DNA from: Takakia lepidozioides
Taxonomy: Eukaryota > Plantae > Bryophyta
DNA: 64,000 bases
NCBI GenBank assembly: GCA_030704615.1
Contig: CM060731.1
Location: 38,564,001-38,628,000, forward strand
Direction: 5' to 3'
The notes under the pieces are model-generated. The model worked only from the letters and a program-made list of their open reading frames with translations. It had not been told where the DNA came from and searched no databases. The first letter of the stretch is position 1. Every line of letters begins with the position of its first letter. This document shows positions 51,684 to 64,000 of the stretch, one piece after another. Position numbers and translations under genes: made by a program.

Positions 51684-54600
51684 CTAGGGTAGCCTATGGC
51701 GCCGTTGGCCCAAGTGTAGAGTGTCATCTAAACAATCCCTATGTATCCAAGTGCGTCTACTATGTCGAGGCCCACGTGTGAAGGATAGTAATCCAATCAT
51801 TGTTCCAGGAAAGCCCACTTTGCTATTTTTCACAAATTTTCGACGACCAAAAGTACTTGAATAGCTATTAGATAAGTCTTGAGGGAATACACATGATATC
51901 TCCTACATTGTTCCAAGAAAGCCCACTTTGCTCTTTTTCACGAATTTCCTATGACCAAAAGTGCTTGAGATTCCATATCTCCTACAAGAAGGGCCAATCA
52001 TTGCTCCAGAAAAGCCCACTTTGCTATTTTTCCCGAATTTCCAGCAACCAAAACTAATTGAAATTCGATATCTCCCACACCGCAGGTCCAAAAATTATGA
52101 GACCAAGCCGGTGCACCCTTCCTAATCGACTACTTTCCAACGGTAACAAGCACCAGGGCTGGGCCCGCGGTTTGGGAGATCTCATCGACGCTACAAAACA
52201 AAACAAAACAAACTTAAACTGGCTTGCTTCATATATTGACTAGGGTAGCATGTGCCGTTATTGAAATCTAAGACCAAGTGCAATTTCCTATGTATCCAAG
52301 TGCGTCTCTTATGTTTAGGCCCATCTAAGCCCAAGTGGAATCTCCTATGTATCCAAGTGCTTCTCCCATGTAGAGGCCAATGCGACCCTCTAGTGTCATT
52401 CCAACACTTCATTTTGTACACCAAAATTGTTCATATCAATCTATGAAGCAAGACGTTTGTTTGTTTGTTTTGTTTTGTTTTGTAGCGTTGAGATGTCCCA
52501 AACCGCGGCCCCGGTGCTTGGTACCGTTGGAAAACCCTCAACGAGGAGGGATGCACAGGCTTGGTTTCACGAGTTTTGGACTTGCTGTGTGGGAGATATA
52601 GAATTCCAAGTACTTTTGGTCGCTGGAAACTCACAAAAAATAGCAGAAATGGCACAAAGTGGGCATTCTTGGGACAATGGTTGGAGCCTCGACGGGAGAG
52701 ATATCAAGGGAAAGGTCTCCGGTTCAAATCTGGTCGTAGGTTCTATAGAAAAAAAAATGATTAGATATGGCTTGCTTCATATATTGATGCACTTGGACTT
52801 AGATGACATTGGACACTTGGGCCAACGACACAGGCTACCCAATGAATGGAGCCTCGATGGGAGATATATCAATAATGATTGGATATATTACGACTCAATA
52901 GTTTATGGAAAAACTAATATGGGGCTTGACATGGGAGACGTACTTGAATACATAGGAAATTGCACTTGGACACTAAACACTTGGGCCTCTACATGGGAGA
53001 TGAACTTGGATACATGAATAGGCTTAGATGGGCCTCGACATAGGAGATGCATCGGGATACATAGGAAATTGCACTTGGTCTTAGATTTCAATTCTTCACA
53101 GATGGGCCAACCTAGAGGTTGCACTTGGGCCTTAACATAGGAGACGCCTTGGGATACACATAAGATCTTACACTGGGGCTTAGATGACATTGGACACTTG
53201 GGCCAACGGCAAATGCTACCCTAGAGGTTGCATTTGGGCCTCGACATAGGAGACGCACTTTGATACATAGGGGATTGCACTTGGACTTAGATGACACTGG
53301 ACACGTGGGCCAATGGCACAGGCTACCCTAGTCAATATATGAATCGAGACGTTTGTTCGTTTGTTTTGTTTTGTTTTGTTTTGTTTTGTAGCATTGAGAT
53401 GTCCCAAAACCGCATGGCCCCAACGCCGGTGCTTGGTCCCGTTGGAAAGCCCTCGAGGAGGAGGGGTGCACGGGCTTGGTCTCATCATTTTTGGACCTAG
53501 GGTGTGGGAGATATGGAATTCCAAGTACTTTTGGTCGCTGGAAATTCGTGAAAAATAGCAAAGTGCGCTTTCCTTGGACAATGATTGGATATATGAAGCC
53601 TCGACAGGAGATATATCAATAATAGAGTAAATTCATGGAAAAAAATAAATTGGTACTTCTGTTTGCTGGAAATTTGCAAAAAACAGCAAAGTGGGCTTTC
53701 CTCAAACAATGAAATGGATATATTACTACTACTCACTAAATTCATGGAAAAAATATATATTGGTTTTTTCAATATATGAAGCAAGTAATTTATTTTGTTT
53801 GTTTTGTTTTGGGAGATCTCAACGGGGTGCACCAAGTTCGTCTCATGATTTGCGCTGTGGGAGATATGGAATTTCCTCGAACAATGATTGGATATTATTA
53901 ATACTCAATAAATTCATGGAAACAAATGGGAGATATGGAAAAACAGCAAAGTGGGCTTTCCTGGGACAATGATTGGATATATGAAGCCTCGACAGGAGAT
54001 ATATCAATAATAGAGTAAATTCATGGAAAAAAATAAACTGGTACTTCTGTTTGCTGGAAATTTGCAAAAAACAGCAAAGTGGGCTTTCCTCGAATGATTG
54101 GATATCTCACTAAATTCATGGAAAGAAATAGATTGGTTTTTATTGCTCGCTGGAAATTCGGGAAAAATAGCAAAATGGGCTTTCCTCAAACAATGATTGG
54201 ATATGTTACTACTCAATAAAGTCATGGAAACCAAAACTAAACAAAACAAACAAACAAACTACCTTGCTTCATGTATTGAAAAAACCAATTTATTTTTTTG
54301 ATATATTACTACTACTCACTAAATTCATGGAAAGAAATAGATTGGTTTTTTCAATATATGAAGCATGGAAACCAAAACAAAACAAAACAAAACAAACAAA
54401 CAAACTATCTTGCTTCATGTATTAAAAAAAACCAATCTATTTTTTCCCATGAATTTAGTCTATTATCAATATATGAAGAAAGCCAGTTTGTTTGTTTTGT
54501 TTTGTTTTGTTTTGTTTGTTTGTAGCGTCATTGAGATCTCCCAAACTGCGGGCCAGCCCCGGTGCTTGGTACTATTGGAAAGCCCTCAATGAGGAGGGGT

Positions 54601-55090
54601 GCAACAGCTTGGTCTCATAATTTTTGGACCCGCGGTATGGGAGATATCGAATAGTACTTTTGGTCGCTGGAAATTCGTGAAAAATAGCAAAGTGGGCTTT
54701 CTTGGAGCAATGATTGGCCCTTCATGTGGGAGATTTGGAATTTCAAGTACTTTTGGTCGTTGGAAATTTGCGAAAAATAGCAACGTGGATATATCAATAT
54801 ATGAAGCCTCAACAGGGGAGATTGCAAAAATAGCAAAGTGGGCTTTGGGATTGCATTTGGACTTAGGTGACATTAGACACTAGAGGTCGCACTAGGGCCT
54901 CTACATGGGAGACGCACACGGATACATAGGAGATTGCACTTGGGCTTAAATTTGAATTCTTCACACATGGGCCAATGGCAAAGGCTACCCTAGATCTCCT
55001 AAACAATGGGGGCTCTGGATTGCACTTGGACATATATGACACTAGACACTTGGGCCAATGGCACAGGCTACCCTAGTTTATATATGAAGC
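51684..55090. mobile_element. Array of non-autonomous Helitron-like units (both orientations, with internal duplications)
   Basis: Recurring 3' end GGCACAGGCTACCCTAG and 5' start TCAATATATGAAGCAAG. Repeated internal blocks (AAAATAGCAAAGTGGGCTTTCC, GTTTT tracts, GGAAAGCCCTC...GGGGTGCA). Directly abuts a Rep/Hel remnant. Confidence 0.7.
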
Positions 55091-55264
55091 AAAGGTTGTT
55101 TGTTTGTTTCTTTTGATTTGTAGTTGCTTCGTTCACATCTCAAAAGGTATTTTCGAAAATGTACCAATAAGCTAAAAATATATAAACCCCTCACATACGA
55201 AGATGGATATCATTATTTCCTTTCATATTCATCCAACATTTTTCTCCTTCATCTACAAAGAAGC

Positions 55265-57435
55265 ATGCCTCCTAGACGTCGTGGCAGTGTTAGTTTATGT
55301 ACAGAACGTGCACGAGCACGCGGGCAATGTGCTGTTAGAGCAAGAAATGCGGAAACCAATGACGAGAGGGAAGAAAGGCTACGTGCTCAGGCCGCTTATC
55401 AAGCACCCCATGTAGCAACCGTTAGGGCCGCAGAGACCTCTGCTCAAGCGGAAGAAAGGCTGGTAGCTCAGGCCGCTTATCAAGCACCCCATATAACAGC
55501 GGTTAGGGCTGCAGGGTCCTCCGCTCAAGCGGAAGAAAGGCTGCTAGCTCAGGCCGCTTATCAAGCACCCCATATAGCAGTGGTTAGGGTCGCAGAGTCC
55601 TCCGCTCAAGTGGAAGAAAGGCTGCTAGCTCAGGCCGCTTATCAAGCACCCCATGTAGCAGCTCTTAGGGGCGCAGAGTCCTCCGCTCAAGCGGAAAAAA
55701 AGCTGCGATTGCAAGTGAATTATCAAGCGGCACATGTAGCAGCGGTTCGGGCTGTAGAGTCTTCTGCTGAAAGGGAAGAAAGGCTCCGAGCGCAGGCTAT
55801 GTATCAAGCACCACATATAGCAGTTGCTAGGGTTGCAGAGTCTTCTTCTGTAGCAGAAGAAAGGCTGCGAGTGCAAGCAGCCTATGTCGCTGACGTACGG
55901 ACCGAAGAGATGGAAGAACAACGAGCACAAAGATTACGTGATCAAGCTGTCTATCAAGCTAGACAAAGGGCACCGTTCTTTGAAGCATGGGTGCGCCATA
56001 ACTTGGGCAATATGTACTACTACGTTTGGAGGGGGTTAGCAATGCCCCAGCGACCTCCAACCGCCGCGATTAGCGACAAAAATACTCTACGGCGCCCGGG
56101 GCGCGCCAAGGGCATCCAAAGGCCTTCCAAGAAGAGACCTCCATGGATGTCGATGGATATCCATTATATCGAAGGAGACATAACATTGGTCGCGGTTATG
56201 AAACATGAGGACATTTGGTGGACAATCGGAATGTGGTGCCCTATAATCTATTCATATATAGGAAATACGAGTGCCACATCAATATAGAGGTATGTGCTTC
56301 AATACTCGCTGTAAAATATATTCATAAATATATTTACAAGGACATTACCGAACTACTATGCAATTTGGTCAAGAACCAAATGAGGTTGAGCAATACCTTG
56401 ATGCTCGATATGTTAGTGCATCCGAGGCGGCATGGCGTTTATTTGCGATGGAGATGCATGAGGAGCAGCCAAATGTGGTATGTCTTGCTCTCCACTTGCC
56501 GGGGATGCACAGAGTGGTATTCAATGAAAACGAAGATGTCCAAATGGTCCTTCAAAGAGCAGAGCGCGAAACAACAACGTTAACTGCGTATTTTTGCTAG
56601 ATGTGCAATAGATCCAAATGCTAGGCAATACACATATCTTGAAATCCCACAACACTATATTTGGAAGGCTGCTACAAAAGAGTGGAGACCTAGAGTACTT
56701 GGATTCGCGTTAGAAAGGTTGTACTTTGCTGATCCAACTGCCTGAGAACGTTATTACCTCCGGTTGCTTCTTACGATAGTTCGAGGACCTGTCTCATTTG
56801 AACACCTCTGAACAGTGTGTGGTCATGTTTATGACACATTTAAAGAAGCATGTTTTGCAAGGGATTGCTGGAAGACGATAGAGAGTGGATTGCACGTCTA
56901 GAAGAAGCTTCACTTTTTCGTATAGGATCACAACTACGACATTTGTTTGTGACATTACTTATGTTTTGTACGCCTAACCAACCTGGACAACTGTGGGAAC
57001 AATTTCGTCATCATCTATGCGATGATTTACGACATCGGCTGCAAGTACAACACCATCTTGACGACCCCACTAAACATGAAGTATACGATTACGGATTATT
57101 TCTCATTGACGAATCTTTGAGGGAACATCACAACACTTTATTGTCCGCCATAGCAGGCCAGGTATGCCGCAATCCATATTGGAGTGGATAGTACATTGCC
57201 CAAATCCACTTATTGAAGAACAACTTGACTATAATCGTTGAAGAGCTTGCATCCATAGTCGAAGAACGTGTACCCCAATTTGATGCTCAACAATCTATTG
57301 CTTATCACGAAGTCCTAACAGCAGTGAACGAACATCGTGGTACAACTTTTTTCATCGAAGGACCAGCCGGAACATGAAAGACATTTGTTTACAACACCAT
57401 CACCCCTGTACTTCGTGCACAAGGCAAGATCGTTT
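55265..57435 (+). pseudogene. Helitron Rep/Helicase remnant (internally deleted, frameshifted, truncated in the Pif1 helicase)
   Basis: DGYPLYRRR, VDNRNVVPYN...YECHINIEVCASILAVKYIHKYIYK, EVEQYLDARYVSASEAAWRLF, ERYYLRLLL..VRGP.SF, GLLEDDREW, QLRHLFVTLL, and a broken Walker A FFIEGPAGT*KTFVY at about 57348-57390. Confidence 0.92.
55350..55900 (+). repeat. Coding minisatellite, 81-bp (27-aa) unit x~7
   Basis: GAAGAAAGGCT or a variant recurs at 55370, 55451, 55532, 55613, 55694, 55775 and 55856. Peptide consensus EERLxAQAAYQAPHxAAVRAAESSAQA. Confidence 0.9.
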
Positions 57436-57815
57436 AACTAATTCGTTCTTTTAACTAATTTTGGACTTTTGTTTGGTCCAGAAATAATATGAGACATATG
57501 AATAAACAGAATTTATTATTGAAATAAAGCGATATATATATGATTATTTGGCTATTTTATGCACAATATAACCATGATTAATAATCCTCCAAACATTTTT
57601 TGGAGACAATATAAGTATGTATTGTGGTTTTAGAAGAACATCCACTGCCAAGTTGACGTTCACGAAAAAAAATGGGAGGATGCAATAAATTACACAATGA
57701 TGTGAGGTGAGATATGTAAAACTTTTTTCACAAAATGGTTGCCATATCAGATGACATACAAAACCAAACATAGAACAATCATGGCATGTGATGAAGAGGA
57801 TGACATGAAAGAAAA

Positions 57816-60800
57816 GCAGCCTTTTGGGAAGGGTTGTTGGCGCAGTTTGGCGGGACGTTGAAAGACGTGTTGAAGGCGGCTAATGTCACTTCCACCAAAG
57901 CAAAATTTAACGCATAAGGAACCCGACACCTTCGAGGGCGTCCGAAATCGGAAGGCACTCAACACCTGGTTCTTGGAGCTAGAGCAGTACTTCCGGGCGG
58001 CCAAGTTGAGTGACGAGGATCGGGTGGAAGTGGCTCCCACCTATTTGAGGGGCTATGCTCAACAATGGTGGTAGAAACGCCTTCATGACCGAGGTCCAAA
58101 CCCGGAAACCTTGAACTGGAGTGGGTTCAAGGAACTGACGAAGAGACAGTTTGTGCCCCTCAACGCGTCCTGGCTCGCCCGGGACAAGATGAGGAATCTG
58201 AAGCAAACGGATGACATTCGGGGATATGTTCAGGCTTTCAATGTGCTGTTGCTCGAAGTCGTAGACATGACAGAACCAGAAATGGCCTTCAACTTCGTGG
58301 CGGGACTGGCCCCATGGGCCAGACGGAAGTTGGAGGAGAAGCCACCTAAGACTTTGAACGAGGCAATTGAGAGGGCTGAATGTTTCTCGGATGTCCCTAG
58401 GGGCGAAAAACAGGGCCGTACGGAGCTGAACCACAAGAAGACTTGGCAAGAGGGTGACTCCTTTTGACCGGAAAAGAAGTGGGATAGGCCACGCGGCGAC
58501 AATGACACTTGGAAATCGAAGGGAGGGCCTCCACACGCTAAGAAGACACCCGGTGCTCCAAAAAGAAAATCAGGTGCGACGCCTTATGACGGACAAAATG
58601 CGACTTTCGATGGAGTGTGCTTCAATTGTGGGGAGTCCGGGCACATGGCCAAGAAGTGCACGAATCCCCAACAATTGAATATGACTCGGGCAACCATGGA
58701 GTTGTCCGAAGCCTCCATCAGCCGCTTGGTGGAGGCGGTGGTCGCCAAGACTTGCAAGGTAGGCAACTACTCTTGTGAGTTGTATCAGGAAACTGGCGCC
58801 TTGCGAAAAGGGAGTCGGTTAATATTTGTGAGTGGGATAATCTCCGGAACTAACGTGTCGTTGTTGATGGACACAGGAGCGTCGCACTCCTTCATGACAC
58901 CGGCAATGGCACGGAAGCTGGGACTCTCGACAAATGATGTGGGGGCCTCTATTGAGGTGCGTTCTGCTAAAGGAGTACCACAATTAGCGACGAGATTGGC
59001 GTTCGATGTTCCTCTTCAACTCGGGAGTTGGGAGGGACGTGAGAACTTCACCATTTGCGAGATCGATGGAGTGGATCTCATTTTGGGGATGACATTTTTG
59101 AGCAAATCCGGAGCGGTCATAGATGGCCGCAAGAGGGTAGTCACGCCACCGTGTGAGAATGGTGGCGAAGTTTTATGAGTGTTGGAAACGCCCAACCCCG
59201 TGGGAGGGCGAATAAACCTTCTGTCAGCAAGGGAGTGGGTCGTGGAGGAGTCACACGAGCCCCAGTTTTTGGTTTATGTAAGACAAGTGAAGGGAGAAGG
59301 CGATGGGGAGCTGAGCCCAGATTGGATCAAGGGGATTTTGGAGAAATACCAGGATGTGATGCTGGAGGATTTACCAAGCGGTTTGCCACCGTGAAGAGGA
59401 GTTGACCACAAGATTGAGGTGATATTGGGAGCTAATGTCAAAGGGGTACATCCGGCCGAGTAAGTCACCTTATGGAGCCCCGATGCTATTCGCAGACAAG
59501 AAGGATGGGACACTGCGGATGTGTGTCGATTACGGGGCTCTAAATAAGGTGACTATAAAAAACCAGTACCCTTTGCCAAGGATCGACGACCTCTTTGATT
59601 GGTTGGCAGGAGCGAAGTATTTCAGCCGGATCGATTTGCACTCCGACTACCATCAAATTTGAGTGGCAGAATGAGACGAGGAGAAGACCGCGTGCAGGAC
59701 AAGGTATGGTTCATATGAGTTCTTGGTGATGCCTTTTGGGCTCACCAACGCTCCCGCGACCTTTAGCACGCTAATGAACAGCCTTTTCCAGGAGTGGTTG
59801 GATGACTTTGTGATCGTGTACATCGACGACATCTTGGTGTACTCGAAAACAAATGAAGAGCACCTGGAGCAGCTAAAAAGGGTGTTCCAGAAATTGCGGG
59901 AAGGGAAGCTGTATGCCAAAGCTTCAAAATGCGAATTCAGGGTCACGAAAGTGGAGTTCCTGGGGCATGTGATTACACAGGATGGGATCAAAATGGATGA
60001 CAGAAAGATGAGGGCGATTTTGGACTGGGAGCCTCCGACTTCGGTCCCGGGAGTGCGATCCTTCCTAGGACTCGCCTCCTATTACCGGAAGTATGTGAGA
60101 AATTTTCGCCAAGATCGCGGGGCCGCTGTCAACCTCCTGTGTAAATCCAAAGTCTGGGTATGGAACACCTTTTGTGGCCAAGCTTTTGCGAGTTGAAGCA
60201 GCGGATGGCGGAAGCTCTAGTCCTCAAAATTCCGGAGTTCGACTGTCCATTTGAGATCCATACAGATGCGTCGGACTTCGCAATTGGGGGTATACTCATG
60301 AAGGATGGACGTCCAGTGGCTTACGAAAGTAAGAAACTGAATGAAGTGGAGCGACGGTGGCCTACGCACGAAAAAGAAATGAAGGCGGTGGTGTATTGCC
60401 TTGAGCTTTGGCGCCACTATATTGGTTCCAACCCGGTGAAGGTGTTCACGACAATGTCACGGTGAAGTATTTTTGCCACGCAGCCTAAGTTGTCCCCAAA
60501 ACAAATTAGGTGGCAAGACACTTTGGCACTATCGACGTGGATATCCAGTACAAACCGGGACGGGACATGTGGTGGCCGATGCTTTAAGTAGAAAGCAGCA
60601 GCTCATGATGGTGTACAGGGGCGAGACGACGCTCCAAAGGAAGATCCGGAAGGCTTACCGGAAGGATGAGATGACGAAGTCCGTGATGCGGGACTTGAGG
60701 ATGGGAGTTAAATCGCAGTTCCACTTGCAAAATGGACTGCTCCGGTATAAGCAAAAGCGTCTCTACGTGCCGAAGGGAGGGATCAGAGATAGTGTCTTAA

Positions 60801-63612
60801 GATAATGCCATGATGGCTCGCTTGCGGGCCACGGCGGAGCCAAGCGCACCGCGACACTCTTGAAGAAAGAGTATTTCTGGCCCAAACTGAGGGAGGAGGC
60901 CGAGGAGTATGTCAAGACATGCACACATGCCAACAAAACCGGAGCGAGTACAAAAGCAAGCGGGCTGTTACAACCCTTACCGATTCCAGAAGGGTCTTGG
61001 GAAGTGTCTCGATGGATTTCATGACTGCCATGCCGCTGTCAAAATGATTCGATGCAATCATGGTGGTGGTGGATAGGTTCAGTAAAATGGGTCATTTCAT
61101 CCCCACCAAGGAGACGGCAATGGCACAGGATACGGGGGGACTTTACTTTGCCCACGTCTTCAAGCATCATGGACTCCCGAAGGATATTGTCTCGGACCGC
61201 GATCCAAAGTTTACGAGTAAATTTTTGAGGAAACTTTGGAAGAAGATGGGGACAAGGCTCAAAGTGAGCACCGCCTTCCGACCTATGACGGACGACCAAA
61301 CGGAAACGGTGAATTCCGTGGTGAAGCAGATCTTGCGGAATTGCGTGTCGGCAGATCAATCGGACTGGGTGGAGCACTTGGATGAGGCATAGTTCTGTTA
61401 TAATAACACAAAACATTCCACAACGGGAGTTTCCCTCTTCGTATTGGTTTATGGAAAAGCACCTCCGGTGTCGACAAGTTGGGCCGCCCAAGACGTTGAG
61501 GAACTGACAGCAGCGGCATTGCTGGAAGAACGCGAGCGTTTGTTGAAGCTCGCAAAGTACAACATTGCCAAAGCTAGGAAACGGTATGAACGGCAGGCGA
61601 ATTGGAAGCGGAGGGAGGTTAAATTTGAGGCAGGCACGGAGGTCTGGTTGAACATCAAGAATTTTCGACTACCTCCGGAAATGAGTTCGAAGTTCGTACC
61701 TTCGTATGCGGGACCCTTTCGCATCCAAAAGGTTATGAATGAGGATGTGTGTGAATTGGAGCTGCCGGCAAACAGCAAGGTGCATCCGGTATTCCACGTC
61801 TTCCTTTTGAAGCTTTACTTCAAAGATGAAGCGCATCCGAATCGACATCAGTGTTGCGTCCGCCACCCTGTGCTGTTGGATCATGAAAATGAACCTGAGT
61901 ACGAGGTGGAGGCAGTGCTTAAGTCGAGGAGGTTCAAGAATCGAGAAACAAAGTATCTCGTGAAATGAAAGGGCTATCATCATGTGGAGGAATCTTGGGT
62001 GCGTGCCTCAGAAATGGGAAACGCATCCGAGGCGGTTGCAGCTTTCGAAGGGCGACCTCAAAAGCGGAAGAAGCGTTGATGGGGACATCAACCTTGAAGC
62101 GTGGGGGAGGAAATGCATGCTTAGCCCGGTTTAACTAGCTCAGGAATCCGATTGCAAAAACTTGTATTGTACAAATTTTGTTATAAATGAAATGGTTTCC
62201 AATGTGTGCGTCCTATTTTGTTTGGAATGGTGATGCATGGTATGGTTGGCTAATGTGCAGAATGCATGCTAGCTTATAAAAGTGGGAGAGGTAAATTGGG
62301 TTAATTGTGTATTTGCGCAGTGCCGAAATCGGGTGACTCCCACCCAAGGGGCACGGAACCTGCGCCTTCTTTGGGAGTTCACGTGCTAGTGCGCCCTAGC
62401 GCGTGCGCGTACTATAACTGCGCTACCGAGGGGGTTGCCTTGTAGTGCGGGCTAACGCGGAAGCTACGTGCTTCCGTTCACGTACTATAATCGTGTAGCC
62501 TCGGGACGAAGTCGTACTGCGGCTTCGGCGTGTTCCCGTACCTCAGGCCAGCATTCCAAGGCGGACCCAATTGTAGTGATTGGGGCGCACGGTTGGTTCA
62601 AGGTTATCTTCTTAGTCAAAAAAAGGTTCAAGGAGAACCCTTGCTCAAGGTGATGCCAAAAAAGTGGCATCACAAGCGGTCACAAGCAAATGTTGTTGCA
62701 GTAAGGCGATTTGATCCTGGCCGGGACTTGGAGGAAGTCGGCCGAACTAGCTAGTGGAGAGTAGAGTCAAGTGGGGGTTTGGTTCTTAGCCATGGGACGC
62801 CATGGTGTGGAAACAAACTCCTTGATGTGGGACGCCACAACTTGGATGTTCGTTTCTACAAAATTGACAAGTCGATGAGGACATCGACCCCTGTTGGTAG
62901 GGGTATGTGTCGCGGCCCTTTGCCTTGAGGGCAGGGGGGGGGGACACAAGAGGGGCTGCCCCTGTGGTGGGGGCAGAGCGATAGGTACGGGGGCTGAAGC
63001 ACCCTTGAGTGCCCAAGGCACTCAAGGAGGCAGAGGCGCTCACTAGGTGGAGCCCCGCACACGGGTTGCGGTGGGGGGGGGCTCCACAAGGGGTGTGGTA
63101 GCTTAGCGGGACTTAGTGGGGGTGGCATAGGACTCACCATGGGGGGAGACCTCGAGGTGGGAGTCGTGGGGAGTCTTGGGACTCATCACGGTCCATTGGG
63201 CCGGTGAGTGGGCCAAGACTCACCGCGACTCACCACCGGGAATCGAGGGTTCGTGGTGGTTCGCCATAAAATGGCATGGCTGGTTGTGAAACCCCCGCGG
63301 ACAGCTACAGAAGTATATATAGGGAGTAGTAACCCCGAGAACGGTGCAAGCCCGTTGGTGACCAAAAACTAGTGAGTAATCGTGCGAGCCGGAAAGCGAC
63401 CAAAGAGTGGGAGCTGTTCCGGACTGCCAACCAAAGGGAATTCCCCTGGTTCCAAATCGGTGGAGGGTCTTTGGGAACAAAGGGGGACCGTTATGCCCCG
63501 GTGAGCAGCCGAAGCTCCAAGTTGGCCCGGCGGCCAGGTTGGGAGTCAGGCGCGCGCATCAAAGCGGTAACTATGACTTGAAGGGGAGTTTACCGAAGTG
63601 AGGTGCGCGACA
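57816..63612 (+). mobile_element. Ty3/gypsy chromovirus, 5'-truncated and degenerate (gag, zinc knuckle, protease, RT, RNase H, integrase, chromodomain, PPT, 3' LTR)
   Basis: CFNCGESGHMAKKC; LLMDTGASHSF; [36 protein letters not shown]; TDASDFAIG; VVVDRFSKM, IVSDRDPKF, YAGPFRI; chromodomain EYEVEAVL...KYLVK*KGY...SW. PPT GGGGGAGG at about 62103-62110. Many stops and frameshifts. Confidence 0.95.
62114..63612 (+). repeat. LTR (~1.5 kb), TG...CA, shared between two tandem elements
   Basis: Starts TG just after the PPT and ends GCGACA just before a PBS. Confidence 0.8.
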
Positions 63613-64000
63613 TTTGGTATCAGAGCTTAGAGTTCAGTACGCGATCGTCCTTGGGATCGGCCTCATCATGGGGTCGGGCAAGCCGAAGCGAAAGCGGAAC
63701 GGCCAAAAGATGATGATCCCGGTGAGCCCGATGGGGGCGACGTGTCACCGAGGCGGCCGTTTGAGGAAGCGATGAATGTTTCGAAAACGAGGCCGCTCAA
63801 GAGCGGGAGGAATCCGAGGAGTCGGAGCCCGAGGAATCCTGAGAGCTCCGACAAACCAAGAGATGCCTCCCATGCCGGCAGCCTTTTGGGAAGGGTTGTT
63901 GGCGCAGTTTGGCGGGACGTTGAAAGACGTGTTGAAGGCGGCTAATGCCACTTCCACTAAGGCAAAGTTTAAGGTGAAGCCTAAGGAACCCGGCACCTTC
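63613..64000 (+). mobile_element. Start of the internal region (gag) of a second, same-family gypsy element; runs off the window
   Basis: PBS followed by an ATG at 63668. About 63878-63958 is nearly identical to 57816-57896. Confidence 0.85.
63615..63626 (+). promoter_or_regulatory. Primer-binding site, complementary to tRNA-iMet
   Basis: TGGTATCAGAGC two nt after the LTR end. Confidence 0.9.

Noticed and set aside
51684-55090. CRISPR-like or protein-coding interpretation of the repeat array
   Set aside because: Eukaryotic context with no constant repeat plus unique spacers. The ORFs are low-complexity translations of GTTTT tracts.

Overview
Eukaryotic nuclear DNA from a land plant, most likely a non-seed plant. 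That assignment is inferred from GT-AG introns, plant-type alpha-tubulin exon sizes, a PLS-class PPR/E-domain remnant and a MASE1-type histidine kinase. Five host genes are supportable: (1) the 5' part of an alpha-tubulin gene (minus strand, runs off the left edge); (2) an intronless F-box gene; (3) an intronless DUF642 cell-wall protein with signal peptide and GPI-like tail; (4) a ZHOUPI-like (Ib) bHLH with an ACT-like C-terminus; (5) a complete 5-exon hybrid histidine kinase (MASE1-like membrane sensor, HisKA, HATPase, receiver; 1103 aa by my splice model). The rest is largely transposon debris: tRNA-like SINEs, hAT and Tc1/mariner MITEs with target-site duplications, an L1-type LINE remnant, PPR and SWIM-finger gene fragments, a head-to-tail array of Helitron ends leading into a decayed Rep/Hel gene with 27-aa repeats, and two tandem Ty3/gypsy chromoviruses sharing one LTR. 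The most interesting intact gene is the MASE1-type sensor kinase. All family calls rest on motifs recognised by eye; no searches were run.
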